Shown here: one piece after another, positions 1 to 7,969 of the stretch
Layout: every line of letters starts with the position of its first letter
Position numbering within the stretch: the stretch's first letter is position 1
From: Actinomycetota bacterium
Lineage (GTDB): Bacteria > Actinomycetota > Thermoleophilia > Gaiellales > Gaiellaceae
NCBI GenBank assembly: GCA_005883335.1
Contig: VAXM01000065.1
Coordinates: 1 to 43,683, forward strand
DNA length: 43,683 nucleotides
Direction: 5' to 3'
Position numbers and translations under genes: made by a program
Notes under the pieces: generated by a model
The model's database searches: none
What the model was told of the DNA's origin: nothing
Seen by the model: the letters and a program-made list of their open reading frames with translations, nothing else

Positions 1-783
1 GGCATCGCCGGATACAGCCTGAGCGGCTCCAGCAACGTGGAGCGGACGCTCGCTGCCCAGGCGCTCCTGGCGGGGATCGCAGAACGTGGCGCCGACGCCG
101 TCGGCTACGCGCATCGCTGCCCGGGCGGCCCGGTCGAGATCCACAAGCAGCGCTCGGGCGCGAGCGCGCTGCTCGAGCAGGTTCTACTTCCGGACGCCGC
201 GACCGAGGTTCTTGTCCACGTCCGCGACTACACCAAGGGCCACCCGCGGATCGAGGCCAACAACCACCCCATCCGCCACGGCGCGGTCGTCGGCGTGCAC
301 AACGGGATCATCTTCAACGATGACGACCTGATGGACCAGCACGGCTTCGAGCGTGCCGAGCCGCTGATGACCGTCGACTCGGAGGCAATCTTCGCGCTGG
401 CGGAGGCCGCCCAAGGAGCCGCGTCCGCCCTTCAGCAGCTCAACGGCTCGATGGCGACCGCGTGGATCGACGAGCGTCGGACCGGAACGGTCTTCCTGGC
501 CCGCGGAGTCGGTCGTCCGCTGTGGATCGGGACCGGCCCGGAGGAGCTCTTCTTCGCCTCCACGAAGGCCGCGCTCGAGGTGGTCGAGAAGTTCCTCCAG
601 CTGAAGTTGCGCAAGCGCGAGCTCCCCGAGGGAACCGTGGTCGTCGCCGCCGATGGCCGCGAGCTTCGGCGCGAGCGCTTCAGGCCCGACCGGAACTTCG
701 AGGAGAGCCCCCTGCCGGCCGTCCGTGCCCCGCAGGAAGGCCTCTCCTGCCTCAGGCAGCTCGCCGCGCTCGCGGCGCTCTAG
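1..783 (+). CDS. class-II (Ntn-type) glutamine amidotransferase domain protein, 5' end cut by window edge
   Basis: Frame 1 is open from nt 1 (GIAGYSLSG..., the residues that normally follow the N-terminal catalytic Cys in 'MCGIAGY'). Shows HVRDYTKG..NNHP and GVHNGIIFN blocks. Stop TAG 781-783. Confidence 0.7.
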   Translation, partial: GIAGYSLSGSSNVERTLAAQALLAGIAERGADAVGYAHRCPGGPVEIHKQRSGASALLEQVLLPDAATEVLVHVRDYTKGHPRIEANNHPIRHGAVVGVHNGIIFNDDDLMDQHGFERAEPLMTVDSEAIFALAEAAQGAASALQQLNGSMATAWIDERRTGTVFLARGVGRPLWIGTGPEELFFASTKAALEVVEKFLQLKLRKRELPEGTVVVAADGRELRRERFRPDRNFEESPLPAVRAPQEGLSCLRQLAALAAL

Positions 784-788
784 AGCTA

Positions 789-1511
789 CTAGACCAGCCG
801 GCCATCCGCGGCGATCTTCGCGCCGGCTTCAACCAGTCGCTCGCGAATCAGAAACTGGAACGTCGACCACGCGCCCCGGCGGCCCTGGAACATGCGGTAG
901 ATCTGCCACTCGGTCATCAGCGTCTCGTCGTCGCGGCGGGCGTCTGCCCAGTCGGCGAATTTCGGCAGACGCTTCAGCTTCCGCGCCAGCACAACGCCCT
1001 GCTCGAGCGCTCGCTCCAGCTTCTCCTCCCCCACCGGCACGTCGAAGCCGGCCTCGCGGAGCGCGTTCGCGAGCGACCCGAACGTGTGCCAGTAGAGCGA
1101 CTTCGACGGCATCCGGCCGCGGTTCGCCTCGATGTCGCGCGCCGTCGGGATGCGGCCGAGCTCCTTCCCCAGCTCGCGCAGTAACTCGAGCAGCTCTTCG
1201 CGGGTCGCGAACCGGCGCGGAACCAGGCCTGCCTTGCGCTTCGCCTCGTTCCAGCTCCCGAAATGCTCGATCACCGTCTGCGGGTGGACCGAGGTGTTCG
1301 GGTCGTCCGCGAACTCGCGCATCGTCGGAGAGCGCCCCAGGCGCTTCGCCGAAGCGGTGAGCTCCTCGAGGATCTGCTCGTCGGAGTAGCGCTTGCGGAT
1401 CCCGGCCTGGAAGGCGGCCAGCGCCTCCCGGTCGATCCCCGCCAGCGCGCGGTACTGGGGCTTGCGGGGCACTCGAACCAAGAATGGTAGAGCACCCGCA
1501 CCGAAATGCAA
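789..1511 (-). CDS. hypothetical protein made of three tandem homing-endonuclease-associated (HNH_repeat-like) helical repeats, no nuclease domain
   Basis: Three ~55-aa repeats at res 42-96, 102-156 and 162-225. Each has the pattern E.L...L......LGR.PT...F....(8-12)..FGSW/L..A...AG[LF]. High GC3. Exact start is uncertain. Confidence 0.55.
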   Translation of the reverse strand: MHFGAGALPFLVRVPRKPQYRALAGIDREALAAFQAGIRKRYSDEQILEELTASAKRLGRSPTMREFADDPNTSVHPQTVIEHFGSWNEAKRKAGLVPRRFATREELLELLRELGKELGRIPTARDIEANRGRMPSKSLYWHTFGSLANALREAGFDVPVGEEKLERALEQGVVLARKLKRLPKFADWADARRDDETLMTEWQIYRMFQGRRGAWSTFQFLIRERLVEAGAKIAADGRLV

Positions 1512-1553
1512 GCCGCAGGCTAGCGTCTGCAGGCGTTTGCTACGAAACCGGAC

Positions 1554-4271
1554 TCAGGAGGCGGCGGCGATGCGAGGCCGCGCGGGATCGTCGTCGATCC
1601 CCTCGAGCGGCAGGATCCGCTCCAGGGCCGCAACGCACCGGGGGCAGAACTGCGTCCCAGAGGCCCTCCTGAGCTCTTCCAGGGCCTCTGAGGCGGGCCT
1701 GGCGGCCCGGTAGATCCTCGTCGTGAGCATCGAGTCCAGGGCGTCCGCGACGTGGATGATGCGGGCGCCGAGGGGAATCTCCTCCCCGCCGAGGCCCTCA
1801 GGGTAGCCCGTCCCGTCGAAGCGCTCGTGGTGGTGCCTGATCGCGGGCACGGCGTCGTTCAGGAAGCCGAGGCGATCGATGATCCGCGCGCCCTCGTCGG
1901 CGTGCCGCTGCATCAGGTCCCACTCCTCCATGCTCAGGCTCGCGGGCTTCAGCAGGATCGCGTCGGGGATCGCGAGCTTGCCGATGTCGTGGAAGAGGGC
2001 CGCGTGCCCGAGCAGGTCGAGCTCCGCCTGCGACAGCCCAAGCTCGCGGCCAATGGCGAGCGCAAGCTGTTGCACGCGGCGGGAGTGGCCCGCGGTGTAC
2101 TTGTCCCGGGCGTCCACGGTCGCCGAGAGGCTCTCCATGGCCGCCGTCGACCGTTCTCGGAGCAGCTTGTTGGCGTGCTCGAGGGAGACGTTCTGGGTCT
2201 GGATCGTCTCGGCCGCCTGGCGCAGCTTCTGCGCGCTCCGCTGCGTGTGGCGGAGATAGGCCTCCTGGGTCTTGCGCATCAGGAGCAGCGGCAGCGCGAA
2301 GACCGCGAGCGCCCACAGGCCGGCCGTGTCGTGGCCGACCCAGATCACACCCGCGATGAAGCCGTAGACCAGGTAGTGGGTCGCCAGCCAGGCGAATCGC
2401 TCCTTGAACACCGCGAACCAGCGCTGGTGGCCCTCGATGGCGACTGCCATGCTGAGCAGGCCCATGTTGACGGCGTAGTAGGTCGCGCCCGCGGCGAAGC
2501 CCGAGGCGACGTAGACGACACGGCCGAGGTCGCCGGTGAAGCCCGCTGTGAAGACGCCTGCGGCGGCGAGCGAGGCCAGCGTCAGGGTGCCGATGTTGAA
2601 GACGACGTAGTGGAACGGATCGCGACGGGCGCTCCAGTCGACGGCCGTCGTCGTGATCGCGAGGGCGAGAGCCGCACGGGGGCCGAAGAGCGCAGCACCG
2701 GCAATCGCGCCGACCGCGCTGACGGAGATCGAGCCGTCGTCGACTTCGAGAGCGAGTGCCTGCCCCGCCCCCACCAGGGCGATGATCGCTGCCAGGCCGA
2801 TCCAGTCGTGGCTATTCCCCAGGATCGCGCCCAGGACGCCAGCGGTGATCCCGGCGATGCTGACGAGCCCGACGAACGCCGCCAGGCTCCGCGAGAGCGA
2901 GAGGAAACGCGGTCCGTGGAGCGCGTGCGGGCGAGGATGCCTGCGCTCGCGCTCGGGCAATGCCTCGACCGCGGGAGGCAGCGGCGACACGTGATCGCCG
3001 TTCTCCGGAACCGCGACCAGCAGCGCCTGCCGCTGCTCGGGAAGTTCCAGCGGGTCGGAGCTCGCGTCGAGAACGCGGTTGCGCCCCTGGAGCTTCGCTC
3101 GGTAGACCGCGAGGTCGGCCTGGTGGATCAGCTCGTTGGTGTCGACGCCGTCGCGTGGATAGGCGGCAACTCCGATCGAGATCGTCGCCCGGATCGGCTC
3201 GCTGGACGTCTCGACGTCGAACGTGGTCGCGGCGACAGTCCGGCGGATCCGCTCGGCGATCTCGAACGCCAGCTCGGGCGGCGTCTCGGGGAGCAGGATC
3301 GCGAACTCCTCGCCGCCGAAGCGCGCCGGGACGTCGTAGTGGCGCAGGTGGGAGCGGAAGACCTCTGCGATGCCCTGCAGCACGGCGTCGCCCGCGAGGT
3401 GGCCGTACGTGTTGTTGATGTCGCGCAGGAGGTCGAGGTCGGCCATCACGAGGGACAGCGGCCGCTCGAAGCGCGCCGCGCGCGTCAGCTCCTCGTTCAG
3501 CGCGAGCGCGAAGTGCCTCGCGTTGAAGAGGCCGGTCTTCGGGTCGACGCGCGCCTCCTCCTGGAGCTGCGGCACGGAGAGCGAGCGGTGGATCAGGAAG
3601 AGCGGGGCGACCGCGAAGACGATCAGCCACGGATTCGCCTGCCAGAACGCCGCCGTCGCCACACCGAGCATCGCGAGCACGAGGTCCGTCGACAGGCTCT
3701 GGAACGAGAAGAGACCGGAGTTGCGGATCGAAAGGCTGCGGGCGAGCTTCAGCATCGGCGCCATCAGGACGTGGTTGACCACGACAAGCGCTACCGCTGC
3801 GGCCGCGCCGGCGAATGCGTAGGAGACGCGGTTGTCGTGCGAGAAGCCGTGGAAGCAGGCCCAGGCGGCGAGCATGGCCAGCGTCCAGTTGAAGATGTTG
3901 AAGCTCTGGATGTACCAGGCTGCTCTCGTCTTCAGCCATTCCGGAAGGTGGTGGATGATCCCGACGAGCGCGACGAGCCCCGGCGGGAGCAGCATCACTG
4001 CCGGGATCAGGAAGACGATCGTCGTGAAGTACGCGTAATGGCGCGGCCCCGAGACGACGAACAGCTGCGCCGTCGCCGAGAGCGTCGCCAGGATCGCGAA
4101 GGTCGTCCAGCCGGGCGTGCTCGCATTCAGGTGGCTGATCGGCAGGGCGCTCGCGAGCACCGTGGCCGACGCGACGAGGAAGAAGTAGACGGCGGCCTTC
4201 GGCGCGAGCTTCGGCGCGCCCGGCCCCGAGGGCACGACCTGGTGCTCGAGGGGCGTCTGAAACATGCTCAC
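1554..4271 (-). CDS. membrane-bound bifunctional c-di-GMP protein: TM block - GGDEF - TM block - HD-GYP
   Basis: 905 aa. Hydrophobic block at res ~25-230. GGDEF domain at res ~240-400 ('RFGGEEFAILLPET'). Second hydrophobic block at res ~455-668. HD-GYP at res ~700-885 ('GHSRRV', 'FHDIGK', 'HHHERFDGTGYPEGL'). Start is GTG 4271 or ATG 4265. Confidence 0.9.
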   Translation of the reverse strand: MSMFQTPLEHQVVPSGPGAPKLAPKAAVYFFLVASATVLASALPISHLNASTPGWTTFAILATLSATAQLFVVSGPRHYAYFTTIVFLIPAVMLLPPGLVALVGIIHHLPEWLKTRAAWYIQSFNIFNWTLAMLAAWACFHGFSHDNRVSYAFAGAAAAVALVVVNHVLMAPMLKLARSLSIRNSGLFSFQSLSTDLVLAMLGVATAAFWQANPWLIVFAVAPLFLIHRSLSVPQLQEEARVDPKTGLFNARHFALALNEELTRAARFERPLSLVMADLDLLRDINNTYGHLAGDAVLQGIAEVFRSHLRHYDVPARFGGEEFAILLPETPPELAFEIAERIRRTVAATTFDVETSSEPIRATISIGVAAYPRDGVDTNELIHQADLAVYRAKLQGRNRVLDASSDPLELPEQRQALLVAVPENGDHVSPLPPAVEALPERERRHPRPHALHGPRFLSLSRSLAAFVGLVSIAGITAGVLGAILGNSHDWIGLAAIIALVGAGQALALEVDDGSISVSAVGAIAGAALFGPRAALALAITTTAVDWSARRDPFHYVVFNIGTLTLASLAAAGVFTAGFTGDLGRVVYVASGFAAGATYYAVNMGLLSMAVAIEGHQRWFAVFKERFAWLATHYLVYGFIAGVIWVGHDTAGLWALAVFALPLLLMRKTQEAYLRHTQRSAQKLRQAAETIQTQNVSLEHANKLLRERSTAAMESLSATVDARDKYTAGHSRRVQQLALAIGRELGLSQAELDLLGHAALFHDIGKLAIPDAILLKPASLSMEEWDLMQRHADEGARIIDRLGFLNDAVPAIRHHHERFDGTGYPEGLGGEEIPLGARIIHVADALDSMLTTRIYRAARPASEALEELRRASGTQFCPRCVAALERILPLEGIDDDPARPRIAAAS

Positions 4272-4412
4272 GCGCGCGCCCCCGCCGTCCGGATCAGGGT
4301 GAGCTCGTCGCTCGACATCGCCTCTTTGCCGTCTCCAATCTCCGCATGCTCGCGGGCCGCAAGGATCTATGGCGACGCATGGCCGCTTTCCCGCAAGCTA
4401 CGCCACGGTTTC

Positions 4413-4433
4413 GGGGGTGCCATCCCCCTTTTT
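4413..4433 (+). terminator. orphan plus-strand terminator-like hairpin GGGGG-TGCCAT-CCCCC followed by TTTTT
   Basis: 5-bp all-GC stem, 6-nt loop and a T5 run, which is rare in this GC-rich window. No plus-strand gene lies upstream. Confidence 0.3.
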
Positions 4434-4464
4434 GAGGACACCCTCCAGATCCCCCGAACGAGGG

Positions 4465-4491
4465 AGGGGCCGGGGTTTGTCCCCGGCCCCT
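4465..4491 (-). terminator. strong GC hairpin downstream of the S8 protease gene
   Basis: AGGGGCCGGGG-TTTGT-CCCCGGCCCCT, an 11-bp perfect stem 52 nt after the protease stop (4543). No U-tract. Confidence 0.5.
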
Positions 4492-4542
4492 CCGTGAGCG
4501 GTTGGTTCGGCGGGGCGGCCGCCGTCTGCCCCGTCCGTCGAA

Positions 4543-6390
4543 TCAGCCTCCCGGCGGCGGGACGTCAGCGGGGACGTCTGCCGGATCCGGTGCGATGTTC
4601 GGGTCGGCCATGATCGCCGCGAGCTGGTCTGTGGTCAGGTCGTAGCCGCCGGCATCGTTCGAGTCGCCTTCGGCCGCGTCCTCCCAGGACACGTCACTCC
4701 AAGCGACGTCGCTCCAGGCCACGTCTGCCCAGGAGACGTCGCTCCAGGCAACCGTCTCCCATGACACCGTCTCCCAGGAGACGTCCGACCAGGCGACCGC
4801 GTCGAAGTCGGCGCCCGACCAGGCCGCCGAGCTCCACGAGACGGCATCCCAGTTCGGGTTGACCTTGGCGTTGTTGAACCAGGCCTGCGCGTTGAACGAC
4901 TGGTTCGCGACGAACTGGTCGAGGCCGAGGTTCGGGTTCGGCGGGCTGAGCCGGAGTACGGCTCGACCCATCTGCATCTCGCCCACGCCGAGCGAGCCGG
5001 GTGCAGCCGCTGGGGCCGGCTTGGCCGACACCATCAGTGCGCCCTTGACCTGGTCCGGCGTGTAGTTCGGGTGTGCCGCGAGGATCTGTGCGGCTGCGCC
5101 CGCGACCACCGGAGCCGCGAACGAGGTCCCCGAGAGCTGGATGTAGCCGGGGGCGACGATCGCGTCGGCCCGCTGAACCGCGAGCGTCGAGCTCGCCGGG
5201 ACCGGCCCGACGAGGTAGCGGCCGGGAGCCGCGATGTCGGGCTTCGAGAAGCCGTCGGGTGTGTAGCCGTACGCCGAGAACGGAGCGTTCGTGTGCGTTG
5301 CGTTGCCCGCGTTCCCGTTCAGGTCGGATGCTCCGACGGTGATCACGAACGGATCGTTGCCCGGTGCGTAAAGCACGCCGCTCCGCTGTCCGTTGACCGC
5401 GTAGTTGCCCGCGGCCGCGATAACGACGACGCCGTTGAACCAGAGCTTCTCGACCGCCTTGTCGAGCGGATCGTTCAGGAAGCTCCCCTTGTTCGCCGAG
5501 TGGAGCGAGAAGTTCGCGACGCGGATGTTGTACTGCGCCTTGTTCGCCAGGATCCACTGGCAGGCGGTGATCACGTCGCTCGTCTTCGCCATGCCGTCGG
5601 CGTTCATGACCTTGATCGCCACGAGGTTCGCCTGAGGCACCGCGCCGGCATAGCCCTTGGCCGCCCCGGCCGCGACGCCCGCCACGAAGGTGCCGTGGCC
5701 GCGCTCGTCGCCCGGTGCACTCGTCAACGTCGACAGGTTGACGTTCGCGAGCACCCTGCCGGCGAAATCAGGCCGGTCGGCCTGGATGCCGGAGTCGACG
5801 ACCGCGATCGTCGGAGCATTTGCGCCGGTGGGCGGAGCGTTCGCCCCGTTCCAGTCGGACGCAACGCCCGCCGCGTACGGCCAGAGCTGCGTCGAGTTGT
5901 AGCCGCTGACGTGTACCGGCGCATCCGGTGTCACTGTCAGGCCCTTGATGCCGGCGAGATCCGCGAGGTGCCTGGCCGGAATCGTCGCCGCCACGCCGTC
6001 GATCAGGCGCAGCTTCTTGAGCTTCTTGATGCCCGAGCGCTCGAGGACCGTCCGAACCTGATGGTTCAGGACGAACCGCGAGTTGGACTGGATGATGACC
6101 GACATCGTCGAGTTCGGGCGCTTGCCCGCACGCTTCTCGAGCGCGGGGGCGATGTACGTCCGCTTGACGAGGAACACACCGGACCGGTGCGCCTTGGCGC
6201 CCGGCTTCTGGCTGCTCGAGCTCGAGGCGAGGGGAACGCACACGGCCAGCGCCGCTACAAGAGCGGTAACGAAGCCACGGCCTCCCTTGCCCCAGAGCGC
6301 GTTGGAGCGAGTCTCGCCGCCGCGGTTACCACCGGTACCCCACAGCGCGCTCGACCGCTCTTCGTTTCGCTTGCCGCTGTCCATCCGCAC
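4543..6390 (-). CDS. secreted subtilisin-like (S8) serine protease with C-terminal Trp pentapeptide repeats
   Basis: 615 aa. Catalytic triad motifs 'VVDSGI' (Asp), 'HGTFVAGVAAG' (His) and 'SGTSFAAPVVAG' (Ser). N-terminal hydrophobic anchor/signal 'FVTALVAALAVCVPLA'. Confidence 0.9.
   Translation of the reverse strand: MRMDSGKRNEERSSALWGTGGNRGGETRSNALWGKGGRGFVTALVAALAVCVPLASSSSSQKPGAKAHRSGVFLVKRTYIAPALEKRAGKRPNSTMSVIIQSNSRFVLNHQVRTVLERSGIKKLKKLRLIDGVAATIPARHLADLAGIKGLTVTPDAPVHVSGYNSTQLWPYAAGVASDWNGANAPPTGANAPTIAVVDSGIQADRPDFAGRVLANVNLSTLTSAPGDERGHGTFVAGVAAGAAKGYAGAVPQANLVAIKVMNADGMAKTSDVITACQWILANKAQYNIRVANFSLHSANKGSFLNDPLDKAVEKLWFNGVVVIAAAGNYAVNGQRSGVLYAPGNDPFVITVGASDLNGNAGNATHTNAPFSAYGYTPDGFSKPDIAAPGRYLVGPVPASSTLAVQRADAIVAPGYIQLSGTSFAAPVVAGAAAQILAAHPNYTPDQVKGALMVSAKPAPAAAPGSLGVGEMQMGRAVLRLSPPNPNLGLDQFVANQSFNAQAWFNNAKVNPNWDAVSWSSAAWSGADFDAVAWSDVSWETVSWETVAWSDVSWADVAWSDVAWSDVSWEDAAEGDSNDAGGYDLTTDQLAAIMADPNIAPDPADVPADVPPPGG
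4666..4845 (-). repeat. in-frame 15-nt periodic repeat encoding about 11 pentapeptides of type (D/T)V(A/S)W(S/E)
   Basis: Protein res 516-575: AVSWS SAAWS GADFD AVAWS DVSWE TVSWE TVAWS DVSWA DVAWS DVAWS DVSWE DAAEG. Confidence 0.85.
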
Positions 6391-6426
6391 CTTCAGTTCT
6401 CCTTTCCGCGCCTTCGCGCGGGCCGC

Positions 6427-6440
6427 AATGACTTGTCATT
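6427..6440. promoter_or_regulatory. AT-richer inverted repeat AATGAC-TT-GTCATT in the protease/murT divergent region
   Basis: Perfect 6+6 inverted repeat, 37-50 nt upstream of the protease start (6390) inside a 199-nt divergent intergenic region. Operator-like. Function is inferred only. Confidence 0.3.
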
Positions 6441-6589
6441 CGCAGCGCCTGAGTGCTTTGCCCGCGCTGCAAAACCAGGCGGACGGTATGAGGGGACGGG
6501 GTACGCCTACATCCCCCTGCTGGGGGAAACCGACCCAAAGTTCCCTCAGTCGAGGGATCAGCACGCCGCGCAGGCGGTAGCGTCCGCGG

Positions 6590-7969
6590 GTGATGGCTCT
6601 TCGCGTGCCCTTGCCCGCAGAGATCGCGCTGGCGCGCGCTGCTGCCGGCCTCTCCCGGCTGGCCGGAATCGGCGGTGGGACGACACTGCCCGGGAAGCTG
6701 CTCTGGAAGCTCGATCCGGGTGCCGTCGACCGGCTTGCGGACCGCTTGCCGCAGGGCCGAGCTTTGGTCTCCGCCACGAACGGAAAGACGACGACCTCGG
6801 CGATGGCCGCGCGGATCCTGGGGCCGTCGTTCCGGCTGGCGCACAACCGTTCGGGCGCGAACCTCGTCTCGGGGGTCGCCTCCGCTCTCCTGGCTGCCCG
6901 GGACGCGGAGCTCGGCCTGTTCGAGGTGGACGAGGGGGCTCTGCCCGAGGTCGCGCGGCGGCTGCGGCCGCGTGCTGTCTGCCTCGGAAACCTGTTCCGC
7001 GACCAGCTCGACCGCTACGGCGAGCTCGAGCTGCTCGCCCAGCGGTGGCGGGCGGCGGTCTCGTCGCTTCCGGAGGCCACGGCGATCGTCGTCAACGGCG
7101 ACGACCCGCAGGTCGGCGACCTCGCCTCCGGCCGCCGGGGGGCGGTTGTCTTCGGGCTCGACGACCCGCGGCACGCCTCGCCGGAGCTCCAGCACGCGGC
7201 GGACTCGAAGTGGTGCATCCGCTGCGGGACGCCCTACGCCTACGCGGCGGCCTACATCGGGCACCTCGGCGACTACCGCTGCCCGAGTTGCGGGCACGCG
7301 CGGCCTGCTCTGGACATAGCTGCTCGCGCGATCGAGCTGAACGGGCTCGAGAGCGTCTCGTTCGAGCTCGTCACGCCCGAGGGCGCTCGTCGGGTCGAGC
7401 TCGCCGTCCCAGGGCTCTACAACGTGTACAACGCGCTGGCCGCGGCGGGACTGGCCCGCGCGCTCGGAAGCGCGCTGGATGCAGTTGTTGCGGGTTTGCA
7501 GGGTTTTTCTGCCGCGTTCGGCCGGTTCGAGCGGATCGTGCTTGGCGACCGGACGCTGCTCGTCCTCCTGATCAAGAATCCGGCCGGGGCGAATGAAGTC
7601 GTCCGCACGCTGGTTGCGGGAGGATCGCCGCGGCTGCTGCTCGTGGCGCTCAACGACGAGATCGCGGACGGCCGTGACGTCTCCTGGATCTGGGACGTCG
7701 ACTTCGAACCGCTGCTCGGCGGCCTGGAGCGGTTGGTCGCGACCGGCGAGCGCGCCGCGGAGCTCGCTCTGCGGTTCAAGTACGCCGGGCTGGCGGCCTC
7801 GGCGATCGACGTGATTCCGTCGCTCGAGGACGCTCTCGACCGGGGACTGGAGCTGACCGCTGCGGGGGCTGAGCTCGTGGCGCTGCCGACCTACACGGCG
7901 ATGCTCTCCCTGCGGGACCTCGTGGCGCGACGCGGCTTTGTCAGGCCCTACTGGGAGGCGGCCGCATGA
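6590..7969 (+). CDS. murT: lipid II isoglutaminyl synthase subunit MurT (Mur-ligase family)
   Basis: Mur-ligase P-loop 'SATNGKTTTSAM'. Four-Cys ribbon 'CIRCG...CPSCG'. 4-nt overlap with the downstream GatD-type amidotransferase gene. Confidence 0.85.
   Translation: MMALRVPLPAEIALARAAAGLSRLAGIGGGTTLPGKLLWKLDPGAVDRLADRLPQGRALVSATNGKTTTSAMAARILGPSFRLAHNRSGANLVSGVASALLAARDAELGLFEVDEGALPEVARRLRPRAVCLGNLFRDQLDRYGELELLAQRWRAAVSSLPEATAIVVNGDDPQVGDLASGRRGAVVFGLDDPRHASPELQHAADSKWCIRCGTPYAYAAAYIGHLGDYRCPSCGHARPALDIAARAIELNGLESVSFELVTPEGARRVELAVPGLYNVYNALAAAGLARALGSALDAVVAGLQGFSAAFGRFERIVLGDRTLLVLLIKNPAGANEVVRTLVAGGSPRLLLVALNDEIADGRDVSWIWDVDFEPLLGGLERLVATGERAAELALRFKYAGLAASAIDVIPSLEDALDRGLELTAAGAELVALPTYTAMLSLRDLVARRGFVRPYWEAAA

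Noticed and set aside
4266-4285. 15-nt identity TCACGCGCGCGCCCC shared with 8719-8733
   Set aside because: It is a low-complexity CG-rich string. A single 15-mer match is expected by chance in about 44 kb of 70% GC DNA searched on both strands.
4346-4435. 29-codon plus-strand ORF ending in the T-run of the orphan hairpin
   Set aside because: GC3 is only about 60% against about 90% in real genes here, there is no RBS, and there are no recognisable features. It is kept only as part of the candidate sRNA region.
1752-4613. 953-aa plus-strand ORF
   Set aside because: It is antisense to the well-supported GGDEF/HD-GYP gene. The product is Arg/Gly/Asp/Pro-rich low-complexity sequence with no motifs, the typical long spurious ORF of a high-GC genome.
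4666-4845. 15-nt periodic DNA repeat as a possible CRISPR or non-coding tandem repeat
   Set aside because: The repeat is in frame within the S8 protease ORF, has no spacers, and translates to a regular pentapeptide repeat. It is therefore a coding repeat.
6481-6540. Possible third, degenerate copy of the TAGGGACGSTACCGG element (GAGGGGACGGGGTACGCC ... CCCCCTGCTGGGGGAAAC)
   Set aside because: It needs several indels to align, lacks the N16-GTGTGACG part, and its similarity is within what GC-rich sequence gives by chance.
5071-7596. 841-aa plus-strand ORF spanning the protease antisense strand and murT out of frame
   Set aside because: It overlaps two genes with clear catalytic motifs. Its composition is Arg/Ala/Pro-rich, it has no domain signature, and it crosses a divergent promoter region.
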